Below are positions 29,708 through 38,087 of a DNA stretch of 64,000 nt, one piece after another. The translations under genes and the position numbers were made by a program. The DNA is from Giardia intestinalis. Its lineage: Eukaryota. Each line of letters starts with the position of its first letter. The first letter of the stretch is position 1. The notes below the pieces were generated by a model. That model made no database searches. It saw nothing but the letters and a program-made list of their open reading frames with translations, and was not told the origin of the DNA. The stretch lies in assembly GCA_000002435.2 (NCBI GenBank), contig CM018793.1. One strand, given 5' to 3'.

Positions 29708-30745
29708 ATGTCTCTAGATTTTACCGGCATCTTCCACCAGCTCCTTGGAACCGAGAAGCCGGAAGACGTCAGGGTATCTCCGTCTCCCATGCATAATGCT
29801 TTCTCTACTGCCCGTAGAGAAGTCCTTTCCTTGCGAGATATAATTGTTCAAAACTCGAGCAGCTATACCGCCACGACTCTCTCTTCCAACACACGTTCCG
29901 TGGAAGGCATGCCATTTACTGATGAAGAGTGTGCTTTATTTGATGCACGAATTCTGACCATTTTCACTCATATAAATAGTCTTGTGGGGAATATCCTCAA
30001 AGAACTCAAGACATATGCAGCCAAAGATTCCACTGGCGATGAATTTGATGCAGAAGAGAATGCTCTGGAAGTTCTAGAGCGCCAGCTCCGACGAGACAAT
30101 AGCAAAAATGCGATCCAGTACTTTGAGGGCGTCGGCAACGTCCTTCTTGCTCAGGTTACGCAGATATTTGAAGACTATGGTTCTCTCCGCGCCAAGCGCC
30201 GTGCTGTGGTATCATCAGACTATCTCCGTGAGCGGTCGCAACGGCATGTTTATGCGCTGAATATGCAGAGAGATCCTTCGACGAGCACGCCTGCTGTATC
30301 TAATGCCACACAAGAGGGGTCTGGGCGTGAGGGGGCACCCGTGGACCATGCTAAAGGATTGACAGGCATATGGGCAACAGTCCATGCAATGAATGACGAG
30401 GATCATGCTCCACAGGTAAGTCAGAGCCACATGGGCACCACTAAGGTGCAGGCCACTAGGCGGATCTTGCCGTCTCTCATGGAAGAGCTAGACATTGTCC
30501 GGCGCACAGAACAAACAGCCCATGAAATTCAGTCTCTGAACGCTCTTTTTGCTGAAAAGGTCATCGAGCAATCTGAACAAATCGATAGAATATATGCAGT
30601 CACTTTCGAAACGTCAGGAACGCTGGACAACGCTAACAAGTACCTTAAGAAGGCCGCTAAGCGGCTCCGAAGCAGCACAAAAATAACCATAGTCCTCATG
30701 TGCCTTGCAATTTTCTGCCTGCTCTTTCTAGATTATATCAACTGA
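29708..30745 (+). CDS. syntaxin-like Qa-SNARE (t-SNARE) with C-terminal TM anchor
   Basis: A C-terminal heptad SNARE motif (TAHEIQSLNALFAEKVIEQSEQIDRIYAVTFETSGTLDNANKYLKKAAK) is followed by a hydrophobic tail (ITIVLMCLAIFCLLFLDYIN). ATG at 29708. Confidence 0.65.
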   Translation: MSLDFTGIFHQLLGTEKPEDVRVSPSPMHNAFSTARREVLSLRDIIVQNSSSYTATTLSSNTRSVEGMPFTDEECALFDARILTIFTHINSLVGNILKELKTYAAKDSTGDEFDAEENALEVLERQLRRDNSKNAIQYFEGVGNVLLAQVTQIFEDYGSLRAKRRAVVSSDYLRERSQRHVYALNMQRDPSTSTPAVSNATQEGSGREGAPVDHAKGLTGIWATVHAMNDEDHAPQVSQSHMGTTKVQATRRILPSLMEELDIVRRTEQTAHEIQSLNALFAEKVIEQSEQIDRIYAVTFETSGTLDNANKYLKKAAKRLRSSTKITIVLMCLAIFCLLFLDYIN

Positions 30746-30871
30746 TTCCTAGCCCTCTGATGATTGATGGCGATTGATGGTCATCTCTTCTTCAACTGGT
30801 GACGCCTCGCGAGTTCGCTGGCGCGTAAATTTCCTGTGTCAATCTGCCCTTCTCTTTGGTTTTGCATTAAA

Positions 30872-33800
30872 ATGCCTCCTGTCACCCACGCGATAATTCT
30901 GGCTGATACCTATTCGTCGTTCTTGGATCCGATCGTCCGTGACACCCCTGCCCTTCTACTGAAGATAGGAGGGGTCTACCTGCTTGATATCTTAATTCAT
31001 CGTCTCTGCACTAGCGGGATCGACTCTATTACTATCGTTGCGTACAACTATGCTTCAACCATTCAGAGATACGTGGACGAGGACTGTCACTGGTCCCCTA
31101 AACTCAGAAACGTGGCTACACACTCTATTTTGAAAGACACTCTGTTTGATGCCGCCCAGCCCCTGGTCCCTAACACAGTTTCCATCAGAGTGCTGCAGTC
31201 CAGCGATAGAAGCATTTATGCCTGTCTCAAGAAGGTTTTCGGAGATTCGCCGGATATTAAGAAATCATATGAAGGCCAGCTGGGGACCATCTCCCAATTC
31301 CTCCTCATAGATGGCCCGGCATTCACTAATCTTAACTTTGCCAAGGCCTTTGACTACCATGTAGCCTTGACAAATCTGCATTCAGGTGACAATACAGATT
31401 ACCTCCTGACAGCTATCCTCTCCATGCATACAGAGACCTCCTCTCTGAGGCCGCTCATTGCCCCCTCGATAATTATCAGAGACCCGGAAACATGTGAGCT
31501 AAAGAGCCTTATTGTAGACGTGGCTAATAGCTCTGCCCAGATTGACCTGGAGCTCCCGTTTGAAGACAAGTGCCACATGAATATTAGTTCAAATCTTTAT
31601 CTCACAGGATTTTATATTGTCAATCTTAACTTCATAAAGTTCTTCGTTACTAATGAGACATTTGAAGACACAGAATCAATGCATACCTTCCTGTCATCTG
31701 CACTGGATAGCAAAAGCGACTACTCAATTAAGATGGGCACGTATCTCCTAGAAAAATGTGAATCCGGTATAACCATAGACAGCCCGAGGCTCTACCAGGA
31801 GCTAAATAAGGCATATATTAAGGGGTACTTCAGACCTTACTCTCCTGAGACAAATTGGATCTACTACAAAGGGACTAAGACGCAGTTTAGAAGTGTCCTG
31901 GACTGGGTCTCCACGGGCGCAACGCAGCTGCAATCGTGTGGCACACTGTACTGTGACGAATCAACCTCTATTCCCCCCAACACCATAATAGGTGGGGACT
32001 CGCTAGTGCACAGAAATTGTACTTTGGAGGACGGTTTAACGATTGACAATTCCACGTTGTGTGATAACGTCTTTATTGGGGCCGGAAGCAAAATCATTGA
32101 CACTCTGATCAACTCACAGACGACAATTGGGAAGAACTGCGTGCTTCGCCGTTGTTATGTGGGGTCCAATGTTCATATTGAAGATGGAATATCCCTTCCG
32201 TGCGGCTCCATGGTGGGTAACGGAGTTACACTTAATTCAGAAATCCTCTATCAGGCCATCAAGATGACGTTCCAGGCATACTTTCATTGCAATTTCCAGG
32301 CATATCTCTCCTTTATCATACGGTATTTCCTTTACTTAGATGATCGGATAGAGAATGCCCTTGAAACTGCCGGGTTCACCTTGGGTTCTCCTCTTCCGTG
32401 CTTTCATGCAACCAAGGCTACAGAAGCAGATCAACCCGAGTCTGACATGGACGAAGCTACTTGTGAAACAGTTGGAAAGCTCCTTTTGCCTGATCATATA
32501 GAAAAGCTCAAGTTGTTACAAAGCCACCAGGATACAATCTGTCGATTCTTTAAGAACGAAATCTCAACTCTTCCTTCCACAATCATTGTACGCTTCATCC
32601 CGCCCATCTTTCTGACGGCCACCCGCCCGTCACTCAGTGTTTTAAGAGAGTATCAGGCAAACTCAACATCGCAATATATGCCAGAAAGCAATCTTCAAGG
32701 CATTTCTCCGGAGTTCAAAACTATAAATATTTGTAGGTCCATTCCTCGACAAGGGTCCGTGCCTACTCTAGCTGCTGCCTCTGCAGATCAGTCTTCACAT
32801 CTTCTGCCGCCAAAGCACGTCTCTGTCTACTCTCGTGCCTCCACTAAGATGTCACTAGAGGAGGAGGAAAAGAATACTTTCCTCGCCGACATGATCAGCG
32901 GGACTGTACCCATAACAGAGTTAGCATGGCCTGGTGTGACCCAGACCACCTTGAACCCGCTTCCAAATACGAGTAAGTATGACGAGTTCTTTCAATCCTT
33001 GGTGAGCTGCGCAAGCAATGAGATGCTGCAAAGGCCAACAGAAGATGATGCTTCATCTGTCTTACTTTTCAATCAGACTGACTTGGATGCCCAGATTGAC
33101 GTCGCAGATTTCAATAATGTGGAAACTAGTGAGGAAAGCGAGCAGAGTGAAGTCTTTACCAATATTGGAAGCTCAGCTGATGCACATCACGAGATCCCAG
33201 GTGGCCAAAAAAGTAATAAAATATCGCCTAGAAACATATATTCCGCTCCCAGACACTCTGAGACTATCTCTTACAATTCTTCGCAACACAGAGCAGACTA
33301 TTCCATGTGTAGCATACACGGGTCTGAGAGTGAGTCATCAAGGCACGCCCATGCTCCCACTGCATCGAAGCTATCTCTCTATACACTGCCTTACTACATT
33401 ATCCGATCACTGAACGACACCGAGAAGATCCGTGACCCGAGACAGTCAATGCGCGCAAGCTTTGTTGGAGATGTGCTGCTAGAAAAGCTTCCTGATGGGT
33501 ACCCTGGCTTGTTAACTACATCCTTGAAGTATCTAATGTTCAGTGGCTTCGTATTTAAGTCATCTTTCTATGCCTTCTTCGATTGTCGTAAGATGTCGTA
33601 CATGACTCTCATGGGAATGGACTCTCTTCCGGCCAGCATGTGCCGCCCGCTGCCATACATTCGTCATATAGCATCTCTCAAAGATATCCCTCCGCATAAG
33701 CTGTCTGCATTCGATATTGACAAGGACATATTAGACGCGTGCAAGCAAGAGAAGCAACTAACTGACATAGTGGGAGACGAGGCGCGGAAGCAGCGCAGCT

Positions 33801-34789
33801 TGGCGCAGTTCAAAGAGACAGTGCGGGACCTACTAGTGGATGCATTTGCAGCGCTACTAAATACATCCAAGCCCGGTCACTCCAAATCCAAGAGTTTCAC
33901 AGGTACCTCAGAAGACAACAGCTTGATAGAGGTAGATGACGAGAGGATGAATCTTAGTGCCACATTGTCCAGCATCCAGATGAGAGGCCTTAACAGGGCA
34001 GATGGAGGGTGTGGGCATGCTGACATTTCAGGCACGATTCTCAACAAGCTTGTGACCGATTTCCGGACCGCCGTCAAAGCAGCAGAAGACTGTAAGCTTA
34101 ACACAAATCTCCAGGGAGCAGCTGCAATATTTGCGCACTTCATCTATCTCTACGTGTTCCTGGGTCCAGACCTGTTCAAGAGGCTAGACCCACGCGAGGA
34201 CAACCACATTCCTTCTAAATACATTATCGAGCAAAAGCACATTGTGAGCTTGCCGGAGAGCGAGTCATGCTCTTCCAAACTGTATATGGATCCCGATCAA
34301 GGATGTGATGATGTCCTATCCATTCCACCACTCAGGACTGCACTCGCCAACTTCTCGTGCATTTGCAAGTTTTTCTTTAGCGAGGGATTCAGTAACTCCA
34401 TATTCTGGTCTGACTATGACGAAGATGATGGGGAAGAAGAGTTTGTTTTGAAGCTCATCGAGTTCATAGTCCTGTTTTTCAACAAGACTATAGTTCACGA
34501 GGAAATATCCACTATCTTGGTGGAGCTCTTCACTGTATTGCACGAAAGCGGGGGCATCAGCATACAAACGTTAATGAAGTGCAAGGGTATCCTCAGTACC
34601 TCTGACGATGAGATAGATATCGTTCTACACGACTGCGTATTTGTCCAGTTGGAGAAGCTGCATGAAGATGAGCTCCCTGGAAGTGGACAGCGAGACTCTG
34701 AAGCAGATGACCCAGCCGCCTTTGCGAAAAACGAGACGTCTGAGAGCTATGAGTATGAGTACTATGAAGAGGAGGAGGAGCAGTACTAG
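30872..34789 (+). CDS. translation initiation factor eIF2B epsilon subunit (expanded, about 1305 aa)
   Basis: An N-terminal NTP-transferase-like fold (HAIILADTYSSFLDPIVRDTPALLLKIGGVYLLDILIH) is followed by hexapeptide beta-helix repeats (IIGGDSLVHRNCTLEDGLTIDNSTLCDNVFIGAGSKIIDTLINSQTTIG). A C-terminal W2-like acidic/aromatic tail (DDEIDIVLHDCVFVQLEKLHEDE...YEYEYYEEEEEQY) follows. GTG sits at 30836 and the first ATG at 30872. Confidence 0.7.
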   Translation: MPPVTHAIILADTYSSFLDPIVRDTPALLLKIGGVYLLDILIHRLCTSGIDSITIVAYNYASTIQRYVDEDCHWSPKLRNVATHSILKDTLFDAAQPLVPNTVSIRVLQSSDRSIYACLKKVFGDSPDIKKSYEGQLGTISQFLLIDGPAFTNLNFAKAFDYHVALTNLHSGDNTDYLLTAILSMHTETSSLRPLIAPSIIIRDPETCELKSLIVDVANSSAQIDLELPFEDKCHMNISSNLYLTGFYIVNLNFIKFFVTNETFEDTESMHTFLSSALDSKSDYSIKMGTYLLEKCESGITIDSPRLYQELNKAYIKGYFRPYSPETNWIYYKGTKTQFRSVLDWVSTGATQLQSCGTLYCDESTSIPPNTIIGGDSLVHRNCTLEDGLTIDNSTLCDNVFIGAGSKIIDTLINSQTTIGKNCVLRRCYVGSNVHIEDGISLPCGSMVGNGVTLNSEILYQAIKMTFQAYFHCNFQAYLSFIIRYFLYLDDRIENALETAGFTLGSPLPCFHATKATEADQPESDMDEATCETVGKLLLPDHIEKLKLLQSHQDTICRFFKNEISTLPSTIIVRFIPPIFLTATRPSLSVLREYQANSTSQYMPESNLQGISPEFKTINICRSIPRQGSVPTLAAASADQSSHLLPPKHVSVYSRASTKMSLEEEEKNTFLADMISGTVPITELAWPGVTQTTLNPLPNTSKYDEFFQSLVSCASNEMLQRPTEDDASSVLLFNQTDLDAQIDVADFNNVETSEESEQSEVFTNIGSSADAHHEIPGGQKSNKISPRNIYSAPRHSETISYNSSQHRADYSMCSIHGSESESSRHAHAPTASKLSLYTLPYYIIRSLNDTEKIRDPRQSMRASFVGDVLLEKLPDGYPGLLTTSLKYLMFSGFVFKSSFYAFFDCRKMSYMTLMGMDSLPASMCRPLPYIRHIASLKDIPPHKLSAFDIDKDILDACKQEKQLTDIVGDEARKQRSLAQFKETVRDLLVDAFAALLNTSKPGHSKSKSFTGTSEDNSLIEVDDERMNLSATLSSIQMRGLNRADGGCGHADISGTILNKLVTDFRTAVKAAEDCKLNTNLQGAAAIFAHFIYLYVFLGPDLFKRLDPREDNHIPSKYIIEQKHIVSLPESESCSSKLYMDPDQGCDDVLSIPPLRTALANFSCICKFFFSEGFSNSIFWSDYDEDDGEEEFVLKLIEFIVLFFNKTIVHEEISTILVELFTVLHESGGISIQTLMKCKGILSTSDDEIDIVLHDCVFVQLEKLHEDELPGSGQRDSEADDPAAFAKNETSESYEYEYYEEEEEQY

Positions 34790-35715
34790 AAGGCATGATA
34801 CGCTTGTAAATTATGGGACAAGTTTTCTATGCATGCGGCTATGGTGGTACTTGCAGTGGTGGACAGAATGTGCCTGTCGGTGCACAGTGCGACCGCCTGG
34901 TCCCGGGTGTATGTGTGCGCAAAGTCTACCAAGAAGACACTAGGCAATGCGTTGTGTGAAGCGTGGTTGTCTATCTGACCCTGGTGGGTGCTAGAAATCA
35001 AGAGACTCGGACCGCACATGTGGAGACACTCTCCCAAGAGAGACGCAGACAGAGCCTGTAGACGCGCAACAAGTTGGCCGAGACTGCGTCTGTCTGGAAA
35101 GAGGGTGCATAGATGCGCCAAGATATCGTCATAGGAGCATGCTCTACCCTCCGTTTTGGTGAGCAGCACGGACTCTGTCGTCGAAGTCCTGCTTTTCACC
35201 GGCAAAACGGCACCCATCAGGCGCACGCCATGCGTAGACGTTGTGGTATCTCTGGCCTTCGCTTCCTGCGATTGAATCTTGCTCTGCTGTGCACCTAGCG
35301 GAAACGTAATAAATCCCAACTTTAGATCCATAAAATAAATCTTGGATTGGGTATCATTACTATTATGTAAATTCTTTAACGCAGTGAAAATAGGTTCATG
35401 ACAATTAAAGGTGCGACACTTTGTAGCCGTCGCTAGCAGAGATTCGAGGACTCCAAAATCGACACTGCAGAGGTCCCCAGATAGGTCCATAATAAGATCG
35501 AGGGCGTCCTCCTTACACTTATATATTCCAACCAGGCTAGGCACAAACGAAAGCAGCTGAGAGTGAGCCATAGCGAGCTGGCGATAAATTCGAAGTTCTT
35601 GCATAGACGACGCTTTGAAGAATAAGCTTCCATCGGTGGAGATAAGATATACGTTCCTGAAAAGATTCACATGCAAATTGGAAAGCCTATAACTTGCTTT
35701 TGGTGGGGATGCCAT
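34786..35715 (-). CDS. inositol polyphosphate kinase family protein (IPK/IPMK/IP6K-like)
   Basis: P-x3-D-x-K-x-G-like KIYFMDLKLG, plus a C-terminal SLLISS...LVDFAHTY resembling the SSLL...IDFAH motif of IPKs. Confidence 0.6.
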   Translation of the reverse strand: MASPPKASYRLSNLHVNLFRNVYLISTDGSLFFKASSMQELRIYRQLAMAHSQLLSFVPSLVGIYKCKEDALDLIMDLSGDLCSVDFGVLESLLATATKCRTFNCHEPIFTALKNLHNSNDTQSKIYFMDLKLGFITFPLGAQQSKIQSQEAKARDTTTSTHGVRLMGAVLPVKSRTSTTESVLLTKTEGRACSYDDILAHLCTLFPDRRSLGQLVARLQALSASLLGECLHMCGPSLLISSTHQGQIDNHASHNALPSVFLVDFAHTYTRDQAVALCTDRHILSTTASTTIAACIENLSHNLQAYHAF

Positions 35716-35733
35716 CTGTTCTTTTAAAAATCC
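35716..35733. promoter_or_regulatory. 18-bp divergent spacer (ctgttcttttaaaaatcc) between IPK(-) and LRR(+) start codons
   Basis: Direct read. Both ATGs are confirmed. AT-rich. Confidence 0.5.
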
Positions 35734-38085
35734 ATGCTGGTGTTCTTAGCTGCTCTATGCACAACTCTTCTGGCTGCAGACAAAGAAATAAGTGCATGCC
35801 TTTACGAGTTCTATCTTTCTACAAGCGGTCCAAATTGGTATTCGTCTGAGGGCTGGAACGTCTTAGCAGACGAGAGCGGAGATTACTGTCTTGCCTACGG
35901 AGTTGAGTGCGAAATCGACAACGAACTTGTGAGCATATCTATGCCAATGAACAATCTTGTGGGGGAGCTTCCGGCCTGCTTTGCAACTCTTCATACTCTA
36001 AAAGAGCTTTCTCTCCAATCAAACTATGTGAGCGGATCCATGAAGAACTTGCCACCTAATCTTGTGAAGCTTTCATTAAGCATGACATCATTTACAGATA
36101 TAACGTCCGACATATGCACTCTCTCGAGTCTGACCACTTTCAGCATGTCCTACTGTGAGCTCACCAACGTGGTGCTGCCCTTATGTCTATATAATGTGCC
36201 ATCTATATCCATTATGAACTCTGGAGTCCGTCTTCCGGAGGAGCTCACATCTTTGGACATTGAAGTTGGCCGTAAAGGACTCAACATTCCAGGCACTGAC
36301 GCCTCTAGACTTATATTCAATATCCCTGCCGATGAGATACGCGGCCTCAGTACGCTGGACCTTTCTGGGACAGGCGTATCTGGGAGCTTTAATCTGAGCC
36401 AGCTCATCTTTGCATTCCCCAGGGTCCAAGACCTCTACTTGGGGGGAAACAATCTTACAGGGTGGATTGACTTTTCAACCTTTTCAAAACCAATCCCGGC
36501 TTCTGTCCTTCGTACGTCCACAATCAATCTAGGGTCGAATAGTTTCAAGGGAATCTTAAACGGTATTGCAGAGGTGTCCGTTCTGCTAGAATCCTTCTGG
36601 TCTGACTTGTATGGCATCGATCTATCGAACAACAGCATCATTGGGGTCTCCCCTACCTCCGAGGAGCTCCAACTTCTTCTTCGCAAACACAAGGACTTCT
36701 ACGTTCTAAATCTGGAAAACAATACGTTTCTGTGTTCAGAAGAGCGTACCAGTCTATTTGATTGTATAGATCTCCAAATAACCAACATCACGGCACACAC
36801 GGCTCCTGTATGCCCCGCGATGAACGGTACCAGCACCAGCCCACTTAAACTTGATACTAAGGTGCAGATTGACATGCTACTTCCGGGAGAAGTCCCAAAG
36901 GATTTAGCAACAGAATTTGTCGCCAATCTGGGCCTTTTGCTTGTACCGTCTGAGGACTCAGCTGCTTCTGAAGTAGTATCTCTAACATTACTAGACACAT
37001 CTTATGATAAGACACAGGATAACACCCTACTTATCACAGTAACCTCCACCTCTTTAAAAGACGTCGACACAAGGGAGACGCCACAGTTTAAGCTGGTTTG
37101 GCCAAACATGAACCTGACACTCAAAATAAGGTTGCAATCTCCGGATGAGCCTGTTGTCGAGACTCATCAGGTAAGCACTGTGTCTGGGAAAGACAACACC
37201 ACATCGACAATGACATTAGACGTTTATGGAATGTCTCGTTGCCCTTACTTTTCACAGATTATGGTGAACGAGATCCAATACCTGATAGACACATATCCCA
37301 TGGCCACTAAGATATTAAAAATTCGCTACGTGCCACTGTCCAAGCCGTCTATATATACTTTGAGCGGAGGATACTCATCTCACGGGGCCGCAGAGGTCAC
37401 TGGGGACTATTACTTTCTCTGTTTACAAAACTATACCGGTCTCAATGCAACCATCATGCGCGACTATTATCTTTGTATGTATGGTGCTAAAGCCTCTGTC
37501 TCAGGGGTTCCTTACAACATAACACGATGCAACGCGAAGGTCTTGCGGCAGCAATACAATTTTACCGACACTGACATCAAGAGTGTGACAGATTGTTCGC
37601 AGTCTCGTGCAAATACGCTAATTAACGAAAGCTTCTCACATGTATTGGCAAACAAAGTGGGATTCTCGCCGACTTTATTCCTTAACAATGAGCTATTTTG
37701 CTTAGGTGGTGTAAAGTGTCTCTATGACGACTCATCCTACGATCTGGAGACTCGCGTGGCCAACCTCGTCGACGTGGCTTGTTCTATTTATCAAGAAAAG
37801 TATGGAGAATACCCCAATTGTACCCAGAAACTTGCCGCAGCTTCACAGTGCCCACTAGACAAGATAATAGTCGGATCAACGTGTGTCCTGCAGAAGTCAA
37901 TTGTAATAACTGTCAGCGTGTGCTGTGTGACGCTCCTGTTGCTGCTTGTTATGTCTCTAATACTTTATAGTATCATTAAGGAGAGGCGGGCTAAAAACAA
38001 GTCTCACCGAGGGGTTCACAACGACAAAATAGACGCGCTTCTAATTGATAATAATGGGTCGGTCAGCGACCCGGACTTAATATAA
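35734..38085 (+). CDS. leucine-rich-repeat type-I membrane protein (signal peptide, extracellular LRRs, Cys-rich region, C-terminal TM)
   Basis: Signal peptide MLVFLAALCTTLLAAD. Plant-type LRRs (LKELSLQSNYVSGSM..., LDLSGTGVSGSFNLSQL...LYLGGNNLTGWI). TM helix VITVSVCCVTLLLLLVMSLILYSII near the C-terminus. There is no CRGKA tail, so it is not a VSP. Confidence 0.65.
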   Translation: MLVFLAALCTTLLAADKEISACLYEFYLSTSGPNWYSSEGWNVLADESGDYCLAYGVECEIDNELVSISMPMNNLVGELPACFATLHTLKELSLQSNYVSGSMKNLPPNLVKLSLSMTSFTDITSDICTLSSLTTFSMSYCELTNVVLPLCLYNVPSISIMNSGVRLPEELTSLDIEVGRKGLNIPGTDASRLIFNIPADEIRGLSTLDLSGTGVSGSFNLSQLIFAFPRVQDLYLGGNNLTGWIDFSTFSKPIPASVLRTSTINLGSNSFKGILNGIAEVSVLLESFWSDLYGIDLSNNSIIGVSPTSEELQLLLRKHKDFYVLNLENNTFLCSEERTSLFDCIDLQITNITAHTAPVCPAMNGTSTSPLKLDTKVQIDMLLPGEVPKDLATEFVANLGLLLVPSEDSAASEVVSLTLLDTSYDKTQDNTLLITVTSTSLKDVDTRETPQFKLVWPNMNLTLKIRLQSPDEPVVETHQVSTVSGKDNTTSTMTLDVYGMSRCPYFSQIMVNEIQYLIDTYPMATKILKIRYVPLSKPSIYTLSGGYSSHGAAEVTGDYYFLCLQNYTGLNATIMRDYYLCMYGAKASVSGVPYNITRCNAKVLRQQYNFTDTDIKSVTDCSQSRANTLINESFSHVLANKVGFSPTLFLNNELFCLGGVKCLYDDSSYDLETRVANLVDVACSIYQEKYGEYPNCTQKLAAASQCPLDKIIVGSTCVLQKSIVITVSVCCVTLLLLLVMSLILYSIIKERRAKNKSHRGVHNDKIDALLIDNNGSVSDPDLI

Positions 38086-38087
38086 AA

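Noticed and set aside
35734-38085. Variant-specific surface protein (VSP) or high-cysteine membrane protein
   Set aside because: No CXXC-repeat architecture and no CRGKA C-terminus. The protein is instead LRR-rich with a conventional TM and a short acidic tail.
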